Part shown: piece by piece, positions 9,346-22,100 of the stretch
Position numbering within the stretch: position 1 is the first letter of the stretch
Layout: the number at the start of each line of letters is the position of its first letter
Source of the DNA: Cenarchaeum sp.
GTDB taxonomy: Archaea > Thermoproteota > Nitrososphaeria > Nitrososphaerales > Nitrosopumilaceae
Reading direction: 5' to 3'
Length of the DNA: 64,000 nucleotides
NCBI GenBank assembly: GCA_965242695.1
Contig: CBDESU010000001.1
Coordinates: forward strand, 960,001 to 1,024,000
Position numbers and translations under genes: made by a program
The notes under the pieces: generated by a model
What the model was told of the DNA's origin: nothing
Database searches by the model: none
Seen by the model: only the letters and a program-made list of their open reading frames with translations

Positions 9346-12216
9346 ATGCGGCCCCGCGCCGACGATGACTCAGCCAGGGGAAACCTGTCGGATGCGCAAA
9401 GGCACCTGCTTGGCGTTGGCAAGGGCGACGGCGAGGGGGCCGTACAGGATGCGATATCAAGGTGGCTCGCCGGCATCGGCGTCGAGAGCAGGCCGCAGTA
9501 CCGGACGCCGGCCGGCACGGCAGACCTGCACCTGATGCAGAGGCGCTGCATAATAGAGGTCAAGAGGCCCGGCCGCCTCGATGCGGGGCCCATGGTAAGG
9601 GGGAGCGGATCGGACAGAGGCGGAGCGGAGGGCGAGTCGGCGTTTGGGCAGCTCGAGCGGTACGTCCTGTCGTCTAGGCAGGCCGAGCCTGGCGAGGGCA
9701 CCGTGCAGTGGAGGGGCGCAATAACGGACGGCCGCGTGTGGTGGGTGTGGGAGTGGCCCCTTGCAGGGGAGGGCGACAGGCCGAGGCCGTACGGCGCGTG
9801 GGAGAACAGACGGCTTACGCCGGAAAACATCGCCGAGCTTGAGTCGGCGCTGCGGCGCAGGGGGGCGGGCAAGCCGTGGGCCCCCGACGATCCCGTTCCG
9901 CAGTTTACATACATGCTCGGGAGGTTCAGGTCGGCGTACAGGCGGAGGCGGGATGTCCCGGACACGAGGACGCAGCGAAGCCTCTGGCTTGAGCAGCTAA
10001 AGGGGGGCGGCAACCACCCCGCATCCGACAGGGATGCCGACGAGCTGTTCGTCGTGCACACCGTGCTGATGCTCATCTCGCGGCTCGTCGCGGGAATGCG
10101 CGTGCCGAAGGGCCGGCGGGGCGTGGCGGATGCCTCGCTGCTCCACGGCTTTGTCGGCTGGGCCGCGGCCGCGCCGGCCGAGCTGGACGCGCTCCAGGAT
10201 ATAGTGGACCGCTACGACTGGCGCGCGGGGCACGCCGACGTGATGCGGGCCCTGTACATGGGCCTCGTCCCCGTCGAGCAGCGGCGGTCGTACGGTGAGT
10301 ACTACACGCCCGACTGGCTCGCCGAAAAGGTGTGCGCCGATGTCATCGACGACGGGTACATTGCCGAGCAGGTCGGCGCCTTCATGGAGGGCGGGCAGGT
10401 CGGCGGCATCCTCGACCCCGCGTGCGGGTCGGGCACGTTCCTGTACCACGCGGCAAGGCGCCTGCGCGACTCGAGGCCAGTCCGCGAGTCGTACCTCAAC
10501 CACAACGAGGTGGCAGACTTCATCTGCTCAATGGTCAACGGCATCGACATACACCCGGTGGCCGTCGAGATGTCGGTGGCCAACATGTGCAGGCTGCTCG
10601 GCGACATCGACCTGGCCAAGGTGCGCGTGTACCAGGGCGACTCGCTGCTCATACGGCGCCCCGAGTCGTCGGTGCACAGCGCTGAGTCGGAACCACTGCC
10701 GCTGTCCAGAACCGTGCGCGAAGAGGGCAACGGCGTGTGGGCGTGGTACATACGAAACCAGGCCGCGCCGCTCCTGCTGCGCGGCGGCCCGGCCGTCAGG
10801 CGGATCGTGTCGAACCCGCCGTGGGTCCGCCTCAACGCAATGTCCGATGCGGAAAGGGCGGCCGCTGTCCGCGGCCTGGCGTCGGACCTGGGCATGTACG
10901 AGGGCGGCAAGAGGGCGACCGCATTCGACATCGCATCCCTGTTCGTCGCAAGGTGCCACGACCTGTACGCCGGCGGGAGCAAGGGCGGCGACGTGCGGGC
11001 CGGATGGATACTCCCGCAGGCGGCCATGGCCGGCGGCGGGCAGTGGGAGCGGCTGCGCTCGCGGTTCGGCGACCGCCTGGAGGCGCTGTGGGACCTGGGC
11101 AGCCTGCCGTTTCCGCGGCAGGGGCCGTCCTCGGCCCTTCTGGTGGGCCGGCAGGGCGCGGAAGGCGCGCCGGCAAGGCTCCGCATGGAGCTTGAAGGGC
11201 CCGGCGCCCGGCGGCCCGACCAGCACGACTCGTGGTCGGGATCTGCATCCGGCGCGCTGCGCCTTGTGCCCGCGGATGCCGGCGGGAGCAGGAGGGGGAG
11301 GCGTCAAAAGCAGAGGCGGCCGCAGGCGCCGTCTGCGTGGGCACCCGGCGGTAGGGGCAGGGGCAGGGGGAAGAAGGGCAAGATCATGGTGCGCAACGGA
11401 GCGACGCTGTTTCCGGCGCCGCTGGTCCGGATCGAGCCGGGGACGCTCTCTGCAGGGGCCCGGACGGCGTCGTTCAGGACGAGGGCCGGCAGGCACGGCG
11501 CGTGGAGGGAGATTGGCGCGCAGGAGGGGACGGTGCCCGCCGCCTGGATACGGCAGTGCATGTTCGGATCCGACCTTGTCGCATTCTGCGCGCCGACGCG
11601 CACCGCATGCGTGATCCCGATGGGCCCCGGCGGCCGCTGGCTCGATGGCCGCGGCTCTGCAAAGTTCTGGAGGGACGCATCGAGCCTGTACGCGGCCAAC
11701 CGGGGGAGCGGCAGGCACACCCCGGCGACGCTCGAGGATCGGCTCGACTACCAGAGCGGGCTCTCGTGGCAGATGGGCCCCGACGGGGCCGGGCCATTTG
11801 TCGCGTACAACAAGTCGGGCTCGAGGGTGTACGCGGCCGCCATTACCACAACGGAGATACTCGACAACACGCTATACAGCGTCCAATGCGCGTCGGCCGC
11901 CGAGGCGCGCTACGTCTCGGCTATGCTCAACTCAGACGCGCTCCAGGGCGCCCTGGCCGGCGCAAAGGAAAACCAGAGGCACTACGACACGTACCCGTGG
12001 AAAAAGATCCCGATCCCGAGGTACAGCCGCGCCGAGGACTCCCACCGCCGGCTCGCGGCGCTTGCGGGCAGGGCAGAGGCGGCCGTAGCGTCGCTGCACA
12101 GGGGCGATCCCGGCGGCGCCGGCCGCAGGGGATCGATCGAGGCTGTCAGGAGGGCCGGAATACTCGGCCGGATCGACGAGTGCGTCGCCGTGGTGCTGCC
12201 GGAGCATGCGGGCTGA
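9346..12216 (+). CDS. Type IIG-like fused restriction endonuclease / amino-methyltransferase (N-6 DNA methylase family)
   Basis: N-terminal 'ADL...IIEVK' PD-(D/E)xK motif; GEYYTPDWLA, LDPACGSGTF (motif I) and SNPPW (motif IV); TRD-like C-terminus. Start is 9346 or 9160. Confidence 0.85.
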   Translation: MRPRADDDSARGNLSDAQRHLLGVGKGDGEGAVQDAISRWLAGIGVESRPQYRTPAGTADLHLMQRRCIIEVKRPGRLDAGPMVRGSGSDRGGAEGESAFGQLERYVLSSRQAEPGEGTVQWRGAITDGRVWWVWEWPLAGEGDRPRPYGAWENRRLTPENIAELESALRRRGAGKPWAPDDPVPQFTYMLGRFRSAYRRRRDVPDTRTQRSLWLEQLKGGGNHPASDRDADELFVVHTVLMLISRLVAGMRVPKGRRGVADASLLHGFVGWAAAAPAELDALQDIVDRYDWRAGHADVMRALYMGLVPVEQRRSYGEYYTPDWLAEKVCADVIDDGYIAEQVGAFMEGGQVGGILDPACGSGTFLYHAARRLRDSRPVRESYLNHNEVADFICSMVNGIDIHPVAVEMSVANMCRLLGDIDLAKVRVYQGDSLLIRRPESSVHSAESEPLPLSRTVREEGNGVWAWYIRNQAAPLLLRGGPAVRRIVSNPPWVRLNAMSDAERAAAVRGLASDLGMYEGGKRATAFDIASLFVARCHDLYAGGSKGGDVRAGWILPQAAMAGGGQWERLRSRFGDRLEALWDLGSLPFPRQGPSSALLVGRQGAEGAPARLRMELEGPGARRPDQHDSWSGSASGALRLVPADAGGSRRGRRQKQRRPQAPSAWAPGGRGRGRGKKGKIMVRNGATLFPAPLVRIEPGTLSAGARTASFRTRAGRHGAWREIGAQEGTVPAAWIRQCMFGSDLVAFCAPTRTACVIPMGPGGRWLDGRGSAKFWRDASSLYAANRGSGRHTPATLEDRLDYQSGLSWQMGPDGAGPFVAYNKSGSRVYAAAITTTEILDNTLYSVQCASAAEARYVSAMLNSDALQGALAGAKENQRHYDTYPWKKIPIPRYSRAEDSHRRLAALAGRAEAAVASLHRGDPGGAGRRGSIEAVRRAGILGRIDECVAVVLPEHAG

Positions 12217-12325
12217 CGGCAGGCGGCGCCGGCCGCCGATCGCATCCTTCCGCCGCGGCTTGGGGGCGCCAGCCTTTTGTGCAGCCGCAGTGCATACTGC
12301 AGATAATAATTGCCATGGGCCAGAG

Positions 12326-12352
12326 AATATTGACACTGTACCATTATTATAG
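12326..12352 (+). promoter_or_regulatory. TATA box with overlapping imperfect inverted repeat (possible autoregulatory operator)
   Basis: aatattgacactgtaccattattatag, about 25-30 bp upstream of ATG 12375. Confidence 0.45.
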
Positions 12353-12374
12353 GAATGGGCACGGCGGCGCCGGC

Positions 12375-12911
12375 ATGGCGGGGCCGAAGGTGCTGTTCGA
12401 AAAGCGGGTCGGCATCGGCCGCACGGCGGCGGTGAGCCGGGACGTGGCGTGGGCCATGTCCGACGACGTCCGCCGCCGCATAGTCCAGCTGCTCTACAAG
12501 AGGTCCATGACGACTGCCGAGATCGCCGAGGCCGTCGCCCAGGACGGCATCGAAAAGGCCCGGACCACGATACGCCACCACATGTCGATACTGGAAAAGG
12601 CCGGCATCATCGACGTGTGCAGGATCGTCCAGGTCCGCGGAATGATGGAAAAGCACTACACGGCGAGCACCAGGATGATCGGGCGCGATGCCGAGGAGGG
12701 CTTTGACGAGGCGTACTCTTCCGAGATAAGCGCGGCGGCGCGCAGGATGGGCAAGATTATCGCACAGCTGGCCCCCAGGGCGGCCAGGCGATCGCAGGAG
12801 GACGGCGCGGATCCAGAGTACGAAGAGTTCGTACTGACCGAGATCGTAAACCGCGCAATGACGCGCGTGTTCGAGGCGCGCGGCGAGGGGGCGGCCGGGG
12901 CGGCGCGCTGA
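12375..12911 (+). CDS. ArsR-like winged-helix transcription regulator
   Basis: 'AMSDDVRRRIVQLLYKRSMTTAEIAE...TTIRHHMSILEKAGII...EKHY'. Confidence 0.85.
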   Translation: MAGPKVLFEKRVGIGRTAAVSRDVAWAMSDDVRRRIVQLLYKRSMTTAEIAEAVAQDGIEKARTTIRHHMSILEKAGIIDVCRIVQVRGMMEKHYTASTRMIGRDAEEGFDEAYSSEISAAARRMGKIIAQLAPRAARRSQEDGADPEYEEFVLTEIVNRAMTRVFEARGEGAAGAAR

Positions 12912-13142
12912 GGGCAGGCCGGGCGGCCTCCGGGGAGGAGCCGATCATGCCGCGCGCAGGACGATCCGGCCGGCCGCCGCCGGCGCCCCGCGGGCGATCG
13001 GAGAAGGGGGCCTGAATGCAGGCGGCGCCCGCCCGGCGATATCGACTTGGCCCCGCGCCCCTTGGCCGGCAGCGGGCGGACACTGCCCCGCCAGCCGGGT
13101 CCTGCGCACTGGCCGTCAAAAGCGGGCAGTGCCGCCCCGCGC

Positions 13143-13159
13143 GAATAAACGATTAAGTA
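13143..13159 (+). promoter_or_regulatory. Putative BRE/TATA promoter of giant gene 1
   Basis: gaataaacgattaagta, an AT patch about 30 bp before ATG 13188. Confidence 0.5.
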
Positions 13160-13187
13160 CGCACGGATTTGCGGGGCCGGCACAGGC

Positions 13188-16100
13188 ATGGCAGGAGGGA
13201 ACATCGGCAGCGGCGGCGGGCGCGGGGCGCGCCGGCCGCTCCTTGGCATGGCCCTCCCGCTGGCGGCCCTGCTCGCAGCGGCCGTTGCGGCGGGCGCCGC
13301 GGGATCGTGGCAGGCGCACGATGCCGGCACCGTGGCGGGCGAGGCCCGGCCGGCGGATGCGGCAGGGCAGTGGGCGCATCCGCTGCTGCCGCAGGCGCAT
13401 GCGACCGTACATGTGAGCAACATGAAGGTGATCGGATCCCACCAGTTTCAGATACACTGGGATCTTCACATGGTGGACATGCGCAGCAAGCTCGGCCAGC
13501 CGGCCTTTACCCCGGGCGGCACTCGGAATATAGTCGGCATGACGGGGCACCTGACGTCGAACCACGTGTACACGGTGGACGGCGCCGCCCTGTCGCCGTC
13601 TGCGACAGGCTATGTGGTCATGCGGCACGGCGACTACTACTCGCCGCCCGGCCACGGCCACGGCCACCGCTCGTGGTACGACTGGAGGCTCAACCTGGCC
13701 GACGGGCAGGCGCCGACCCTGGACCGCTCGTCGACTCCGACCCTGGACCTGTCGCGCGGCACCATCACGTTCAGGGCCGACGAGCGGCTCCACGCAAGCA
13801 ACCCCTCCCCGCAAAACATCCGGATCATCGGCGCGGGCCACACGCTGTCGAGCAGCAGCGCGGTGAGCATCACTCCGGTCGGCGGCGGCGCGTACGGGAG
13901 CTCGGACGTGGTAGTCACCCTCACCGGACACGACCACGAGGTGCTCGACCGGAACATGGGCAGCAGGACGTCGACTACCATGAAGATCGGCGGCATGGGC
14001 CTGTACGACTCCGCCGGCAACTCGTTCAACACGGGCAGGTGGTGGCAGACGATGAACGTCGTGCGCGACACGGCGCCGCCCGTCCTCGCGCGAAACCCGC
14101 AGCTCGACTTCAACACGGGCGTGCTCACCATAACGTTCGACGAGCCCGTCACGTACGTGTACCTGCCATACCTGTTCCTCGAGGACAGCCGCGGCGGCAG
14201 CCGCCAGCACGTATCCGGCGCATCGTACCCGAGCGGCCTGGACTCGACCGTCGTGCCGATCACCCTGTCTGCGTCGCAGCTCGAGAGGCTCGCATCCCTC
14301 CACCTGGCGTCCGGCGGCCTGCGCCTCGACATGCACCGCGGGATCGTGCGCGATGTGGTCGGCAACGTCTTTGCGGGCGTCTTTGACAGGACGATCGACG
14401 TCACTGCCGACACCACGAGGCCGGCGCTCGAGCCCGGCCGGAGTCCCGTGGTCGACCTGTCGCGCCACACCGTCTCACTCGTATTCGACGAGCGCATGGA
14501 CGTGTCCGAGTCCAATCCGGCAGGGGTGCGGCTGCTCAACTCGTCCGGACACCCCGTCCCGCTGGCAGGCGAGTCTGCCCGCGGCTACGACGGCGCCACG
14601 GTGACGCTCAGCCTCTCAAAGATCAACAAGGCGCGCATCGCAGAGATGGGAACGCCGCTGCGCATCGCGTTTGGCGCGGACGCCTTCAAGGACGTGTGGG
14701 GGAACGCCGCCTCGGCGTCCTCGGGCGTTGCGGCCTCGGTGGTGGCCGACACGAGCCGCCCCGGCGTCCAGGGCCGCCCGCAGCTCGACATGAACGACGG
14801 CATACTGACCGTGCCGTACTCTGAGGCGGTCTACACGGGCAGGATGTCTCCGAGCGGGTACACGCTGCTCGTGTCCGACCCATCCTCGCCGGCGCAGAGG
14901 ACGCGGGTGGGGCTGGGCGGTGCACACGTCGCCACGGAGGGGCCCTACGCCGCCGAGGTCGACATGCGGCTGACCGAGGCGCAGAGGGCCGCAGTGGCCT
15001 CGGCCGGCGGCCCGTCGCCCGCCGTCAGCCTCACGATCGGCGGCTGGGCGTACCTGGACTATCCGGCCGGCAACCGCGGCTGGTACGTCTCGCACTCGGG
15101 CATCGGCGTGGGAGTCGTCGACGACACGACCCCGCCGCGCAACGCCACCGCGCCGGTGCTGGACCTGGACGCGGGGACGGTGGCGATCGAGTTTGACGAG
15201 TACATCGACGCGTCCGCGTTCGACCCGGCCGGCATGGCGATCGTCCCGAGCGACGGCCCGCCGATACCGATGGGCAACTCTACGCTCTCTTCGGCGGCCG
15301 ACGGCGCGCTGGCCACGCTGAACATGACGGGCGCCGGCGCGGCCGAGGCAGGCGCGGCCGACAGGAGGGGGGCCGACCTGCGCCTGACCGTTCCCGGCAC
15401 CGCATTCTCTGACATGTCGGGGAACGCGTACGCAGGGCTGGACAACGCGACGATCATAGAGGCCGGCGGCGCCGGCCTTCCGGGCCTCGCCGGCGGCGAG
15501 CCCCTCGTCCTGGAGCTGTCCAACGGCACCCTTGAAATCCGCTTCGACGAGGGCGTGATCGTCCCGTCCGACCTTTCCGGAATCGCCGTCTCGGGGCAGG
15601 GCGGCCCCGTACTGGCGGGCCTGGCCGGCGCCGCGGCCGCCGAGGGCGCCGGGAACGTGTCCGACACGATAACGATAGATCTTACGCCGCTGCAAAAGGC
15701 CCTGCTGGCTGCCGAATACGCGGGCGGGGACGGGGGCGGCTGGCTGGCCATCGACATAGCCCGCGACGTCTTTGTGCCCGAGGTGGGCAGGGGCTTTCCA
15801 GGCCTGTCCAACGTCAATCTGACCGTCATACCGGACGGGCGGCCGCCGGATCTGGCCGGCACCCCGTCGATTAGCCCGGCCGCAAGGACGGTCACGCTGC
15901 CCTTTGACGAGTACATCGACCTGGCCAGGGTCGACGCCGGTGGGATTGTTGTGCACGACGGCAGGGGGGGCGCCGTCGCCGGCCTGGCCGGCGCCGCCGT
16001 ATCCTCGCCGGACGGGGCCGCGTACGGCGGCGAGCTGGTGGTCACGATGACGCCGGCGCAGGGCTTTGCCGTGATCGTCGCGGCGCTGCGCGGGGACGTG

Positions 16101-19100
16101 TACCTCAACGTGTCGGCGTCCGCCGTGTACGACGTGTCGGGCAACGCGTACGGGGGGCTGGACACGTCCGATTCGTCCGCCGCGCAGGGCGGCGGCGCAG
16201 GGGACGGGCGGCAGAGCGCGTCGGCCGAGGCCCCGCCCGCCCGGGCCGCCGCTACGGAAGGCGCGCCCGTCAAGCTTGCGCCCCTTCCGCCTCAGCCGCA
16301 TGCAGTGCCGCCGCTCGGCATAGACCTGGTTTTCGGGAGCCCGCCGCAGCTGAGGGCGGTGCCCGAGCCGGTAAGGCTCGACCTTGGCACGGGCGTGCTC
16401 GAGATCGAGTTCGACCAGCTGGTAAGCCTGGCGGCGACGAACCTGACCGGTGCGGAGATACGCGGAGCCGGAACGACCGTGGGCCTAGAGGGCGCGGGGG
16501 TGCCGGCCGACGGCATACTCGACAGCACTGTAGTAGTGAGGCTGACGCCGGCCCAGAAGGCGGGCGCGGTCGCGGCCGGCCCGGCCGCGCTGCTGCACCT
16601 GCCGGCAGGGTTCGCAGCGCTGCTCGGCCCGCCGTCCGAGGTCGTGGCGGGGGCGCGCATCGCAGTGGCCGCCGACGGCGCGCCGCCGTCGATCGATGCG
16701 GGGCGCACCGTCCTGGACCTGGGGGCAGGGCGCCTCGCAGTATCGTACGACGAGCACGTGGCCGGCCCGCCCGGCGGCCTCGATCCGGGGGCGTTTGCCG
16801 TCGCGCTCGGCGGCAACGGCAGCGGCGGGCGCATCCCGCTTGCCGGCGCTTTTGCGGCGGCCGCTGCCAACGACACCGTCGTCGTCTCGCTTGCGCCGCC
16901 CCAGAAGGCGCGCCTGGACAGGGCCGCGGCATTGGATGCCCAGGCCATGCGGCTCGACGCGGCAGCCGGCGCCGCGCTCGACCTGTCGGGCAACCCGTCG
17001 GGGCGCGTATCGGGCGCAAACCTCTCGGTGGCCTTGGACGCGGCGCCGCCCGCACTGGCCGGCGCGCCGATCCTCAACCTGGGCACCGGGTCCGTAACGC
17101 TGGCGTTCGACGAGTTCGTCGAGGCCGGAAGCCTCGCCCCGCAGGCCGTGACCGTAACCGACAGGGACGGGAACGGCGCCGAGTCGCCGATGCCGGCAGC
17201 TGGCGCCGGCGCCGGCGCCGGCGCCGGCGCCGGCGGCGACGGCACGCGGCTTGCGCTGGAGTTCTCCCCCGCCCAGGCCGCCGCGCTGCGGGCGGCAAAC
17301 GCATCTGCGGGGCCGCTGCGGATCGCAGTGGCGGCCGGCAGCGGGATCGCCGACCTGTCGGGCAACGCGTTCGCGGGGCTGCCCGGCGGCGGCGCCCTGA
17401 CGACCGTAGACGACTCTGTCCCGCCGGCGATCCTGCCAGGGACCTCGCCCGCCCTCGACATCGGAACAGGGGTGCTCTCGATCATGTTCACCGAGCACGT
17501 GCCGGCATCGGGCATCGACCTGTCCGGCGCGGCGATCGAGGATGCAAACGGCGCGGTACGCGTGCCGCTGTCCGGCGCGCGGATCGTCCCGCCGTCGGGC
17601 CCCGAGGTGCAGTACCGCACCGTCGAGGACGACACGCTGCGCATATTCCTCACGGCCGACCAGAAGGGGGCCGTCGCCAGGGCCCACATCGAGGCAGGCC
17701 CCGTCCGGCTCGACCTCCCCTCCGAGTCGATCTCGGATGCGGCCGGCCTGCGGTTCGCCGGCCTGTCCAACGCCCCGCTCGCGGTGGCCTCCGACTCGGC
17801 GGGCCCCCAGATCCGCGATCGCACCCTCCCGTCGCTCGACATGGCGCACGGCCTGCTGACCGTGCCGTTCGACGAGTATATCGACGCGGCCGGCGCAGAC
17901 ATGTCAGGGTTCGAGCTGTCTGGGCGACCGCCTGGCAGCCAGGGCGCCAACGCATCCGTCCCGCTCGCCGGCGCCGGCCTTGCATCCGAGCTGGACGGAG
18001 CAGAGCTGCGCGTAAGGGTCGAGCCCCGCCAGCTGGCGGCCCTGACCGGAGGCGGCCTGACGGGGATACCGCCCGAGGTGTACCTTTCGATCGCCCCGGG
18101 CGCCGTGCGCGACGTGTCGGGCAACGCCTTTGCCGGGCTCGACGGCGAGCTGATCGAGGCGCTGCCCGACGAGGCGCCGCCGGCCCTGCCGTCCCCGCCG
18201 ATAATCGACCTTGACGACGGCGTCGTGGTCGTCTCGTTCGACGAGTACGTCGCCGCCACGGCCCTCAACGCGTCCGGCGTGTCGCTCGTCGGGGACGGGT
18301 CGGCGGGGCCGGGGCCCGGCGCGCCTGCCGGCGCCGGCGGCCCTGCCATGGTGCGGCTGTCCGGCGCGGCCGTCTCGGCGTACGGCCCGTCGATCCCGCT
18401 GTCCGGCGGCGGGCTCGGCTCGCAGTCGGTCCTGATCGAAATGACCGCCGACCAAAAGGCAGAGGCCGTACTGGCGCGCGCCTTGGAGATCGACATCGAC
18501 GGGCCTGCCGCCGGCCTGACCGACCTGTCGGGCAACGCGTACGGCGGGATAGAGCGTGGCCTGGCATACGTCGTCCCCGACGAGACGGGGCCCGACGCGG
18601 ACGCGCCCGGCTCGGCGCGAACGCCGTCCCTGGACATGCGCACGGGGACGCTGACTCTGCCGTTTGACGAGCACGTCGATCCGTCCTCGATCGACCCGTC
18701 CAGGGTCGTCGTTGCAGTGGCCCCGGCGCCCGCCCCTGCCGGCGCATCCTCCCCGCCCGACCGGGCGCCTCCCCCCTCGACCGTCCGCGTGGGGCTGGCC
18801 GGCGCGGCCCCGTCGGTCTCGGCATCGTCGCCCCCGTCGGCCTACCTTGTGCTGACCGCGGACCAAAAGGCCGCAGTCCAGCGCGCGCTCGAGGCGCACG
18901 GCGGCCCGCAGGCTGCGATCGCCTCGGTGGATGCCGCCCGCGGGGCCGCCGCCGACCTGTCGGGCAACGCAATGCCGGCCGCCCGCGGCCTGGCCGCCTC
19001 GGTCATGGCAGACGCGGAGGGGCCCGCACTGGCATCGCCGGCGGGCGGCCACCCTCCCGCCGCGCTGGACCTTGTGCGCGGCACGATCGCGCTAGAGTTT

Positions 19101-22100
19101 GACGAGCACGCCGGCCCGCAGGATGCGCGCCCCGGCCGCCTCTTGCTCTCCGGCCCCGGAGGGATCCCAGTCAGCCTTGCCGGCGCCTCGTTCTCGTCGA
19201 TCTCATCGTCGGCCATACTCGAGATGCGCCTTACCGCGGCCCAGGCCGCCGCCGCGCGCAGCCTGCACAACGACACTGGCGGCCGCATAATGCTCGTCCA
19301 GTCGGGGCCTGGCGCATTCTCCGACCTTGCCGGCAACCCGTCGGGGCAGGGCCTGACGCCGCCGGCGGGCCTCCCCGTGTCCGTCGCGCCAGAGGGCGCA
19401 GCGGCGCCGATCCGCCTCGCCTCCGCCGCCGTAGACCTTGCCGGCGGGACGGTCGAACTCGTGTTCGACGGCAACGTGTCCGTCCCCGCACTGGACTTGT
19501 CCAGGATCGCCGTGCTCGGCAGCGACCGCACCGGAGGCTCGACCCCCCTGCACGGCGCGTCCGTGCAGCCGGATGCGGCAAGCGCCTCGCGGATCGCGAT
19601 CGCGCTCACCGGGGCCCAAAAGGCGTCGATCGCGGCGTCGTACGCGGCCACCGGCTCTGCGGGAGCTGCCGTCGATGCGGCCCCGTCCGCCGTCCGCGAC
19701 CGGTTCTACCGCGCGTTCGAGGGGGCCGCCGCATTCCCCGCCGTCCCTGACCCCGACCGCACGCCTCCCGTCCTGTCCGGCGCGACCGTAGACCTGTCGG
19801 CGGGGACAGTCCTAGTCGAGCTCGACGAGTTCGTCGACCCCGGGTCGGTCGACGCATCGGCCGTGTCCGTCGCGGCCCCAGCCCCGGCCAACGCATCGGC
19901 GCAGGCGGCGGCGCCCGTCCGGCTCGACGGCGCCCGCGTACTGACGCTCGGCGGCTCGCAGTCCGTCCTGCTCGCCATGACCGCCGGCCAGAAGGCGGCC
20001 GTATCGTCGCTGCTCGGCTCGTCCGGCGCCGGCGAGCTGCACGTGCGCACGGCGGCAGGCGCCCTTGCGGACGTGTCGGAGAACAGGCAGGATGCTCCCG
20101 ACACGGCAGAGGCCAGGGTCGTGCACGACGCATCCCCGCCGTCCCTTGATGCACTGCACTCGGCCCCCGTCCTGGACTTGGGCGCGGGCACCCTTGCGAT
20201 GTCGTTTGACGAGCACGTCGCGGCGGCATCCTCGCCGTCATCGCCGTCCGTCTCGCTCTCGGCCGCATCCCCGGGCGCGCACCCTGTCCGGCTGTCGGGC
20301 AGCCAGCAGCAGGGCGGCGGCGGAGGCGGCTCGTCGACGTCCGTCACGCTGCTCCTGACCCCTGCGCAAAAGGGCGCCCTCCTCTCGGGCGGCCCCGGCG
20401 CCGCCGAGTCGGCGCGCCTGTTCCTGGACGCCGGCGCGTTCGCCGACCTGGCAGGCAACCCGTCGTCGCCGTCCCGCCTGCCCCGCATCGAGGCCGTGGC
20501 CGACGCCGTCGCACCCGGGATCGATCCCGCGCACCCGCCGGTCCTCGACATGGGCAGCGGCGCGCTGGGCATCGCGTTCGACGAGTACGTCGATCCGGCC
20601 GCGCTCGACCTGTCCGGCCTGTCCGTATCCTCGGGCGCGCAGGGCGCCGTGCGGATCGCCCTGACGGACGCCCGGATAGAGCCGCTGGCTGGCGGCACGG
20701 ACGCGGTGACGCTGCTCCTCACGCGGGCCGAGAGGGGCGCGGTGGCGGCCGCCCTCGGCCCGCCGCCGCATGCGGACGGCGCCGTCCTGCACATCGCCGC
20801 CGGCGCGTTCGCCGACCTGTCGGGCAATCCGGCCGCCGCCGGCGCCATTGGCATCTCGGCGGTCGCCCCCGACCGCATCCCGCCCCACCTTGACAGGTCG
20901 GCCGATCCGCTGCTCAACCTGGCGCTCTCGCCGCCCGTCCTCGAGCTCGACTTTGACGAGCACATCGACGTGCGGGCGGCCAACCTCTCGCTCGCCGCGC
21001 TGCGCATCTCCGGCGCCGCCGGCGGCGGGCCCGGCGCGGTAATCGGACTGGCCGGCGCCGAGGCGTCGGGGGCGTCCTCATCCGCAGGCGACTACCGCAT
21101 CCGCATCGCGCTCACGGCAGGGCAGGCCGGGGACCTGGAGGCGGCACTTGGCGGCCCGGGATCCCCGGCGCGGCCGTACCTTGACGCGGCCGCCGGCGCG
21201 TTCGCCGACCTGGCCGGCAACCGGCTTGGCGCCCTCGGCAACCACACCGTGCTGGTGGCCCGCGACGCCGTCGCGCCGTCCCTGGCATCCTCGCCCGAGC
21301 TGGACCTTGACGGGCGCCTCCTAGTCCTCTCGTTCAGCGAGCCGGTCCGCCTGTCGGCGCCCGGCGACGCCTCGGAGGTGCGCATCTCGGGCGCGTCCGG
21401 ATCGCATCCGTTCTCGCTCGGCGGAGGCGGCGGCGCCGTCGTGGCGGCCCCTGCCGGCGCCTCGTACGGCACTTCGATCGAGGTGCGCCTTGGCGCATCG
21501 CAGTCCGAGCGCGCAAAGCTCGCGATGCTCGCCGACGGCGACCTCCTTGTGACCGTGCCGGCAGGCGCCGTCCACGACCGCGCGTACAACCACTTTGCGG
21601 GGCTCGACGGGGCGCACCTGTTCGTCGAGCCCGACACGCGGGGGCCGGCCGTGGCTGGCCTCGGAGCGGCGGCACCCCCGCTGCCGCCGGGACGCTCGGC
21701 TGCCGTCCTCGACCTTGCGCACGGCCTGATCACGGTCCAGCTCGACGAGCATGTAGACTCTGCGCGGATCGACCTGGCCGGCGCATCCGTCTCGCGGGCG
21801 TCGGCCACCGTCGGGCTCGCCGGCGCGGCGGCCGAGCCTGGCGGCGCGGCGGCCGCATCGCCGGCCGATGCCGCATCCTCGCCGTCTACGGCGCTGCGCG
21901 TGCTGCTCACGCATGCCCAAAAGTCCGAGCTGTCGTCGGCCGGCGGCCCCTCGGAGGAGGCGGCCACGCTCTCGATCCCGGCAGGGGCGCTCTACGACCT
22001 GGCCGGCAACCCGTCGCCGGCGGCGGCCGGAATCCCGCTCGCGGTCGTGCCCGACACGATCCCGCCGTCGGTCGACGCGCCGTCCATACTTCCCGTCCTG

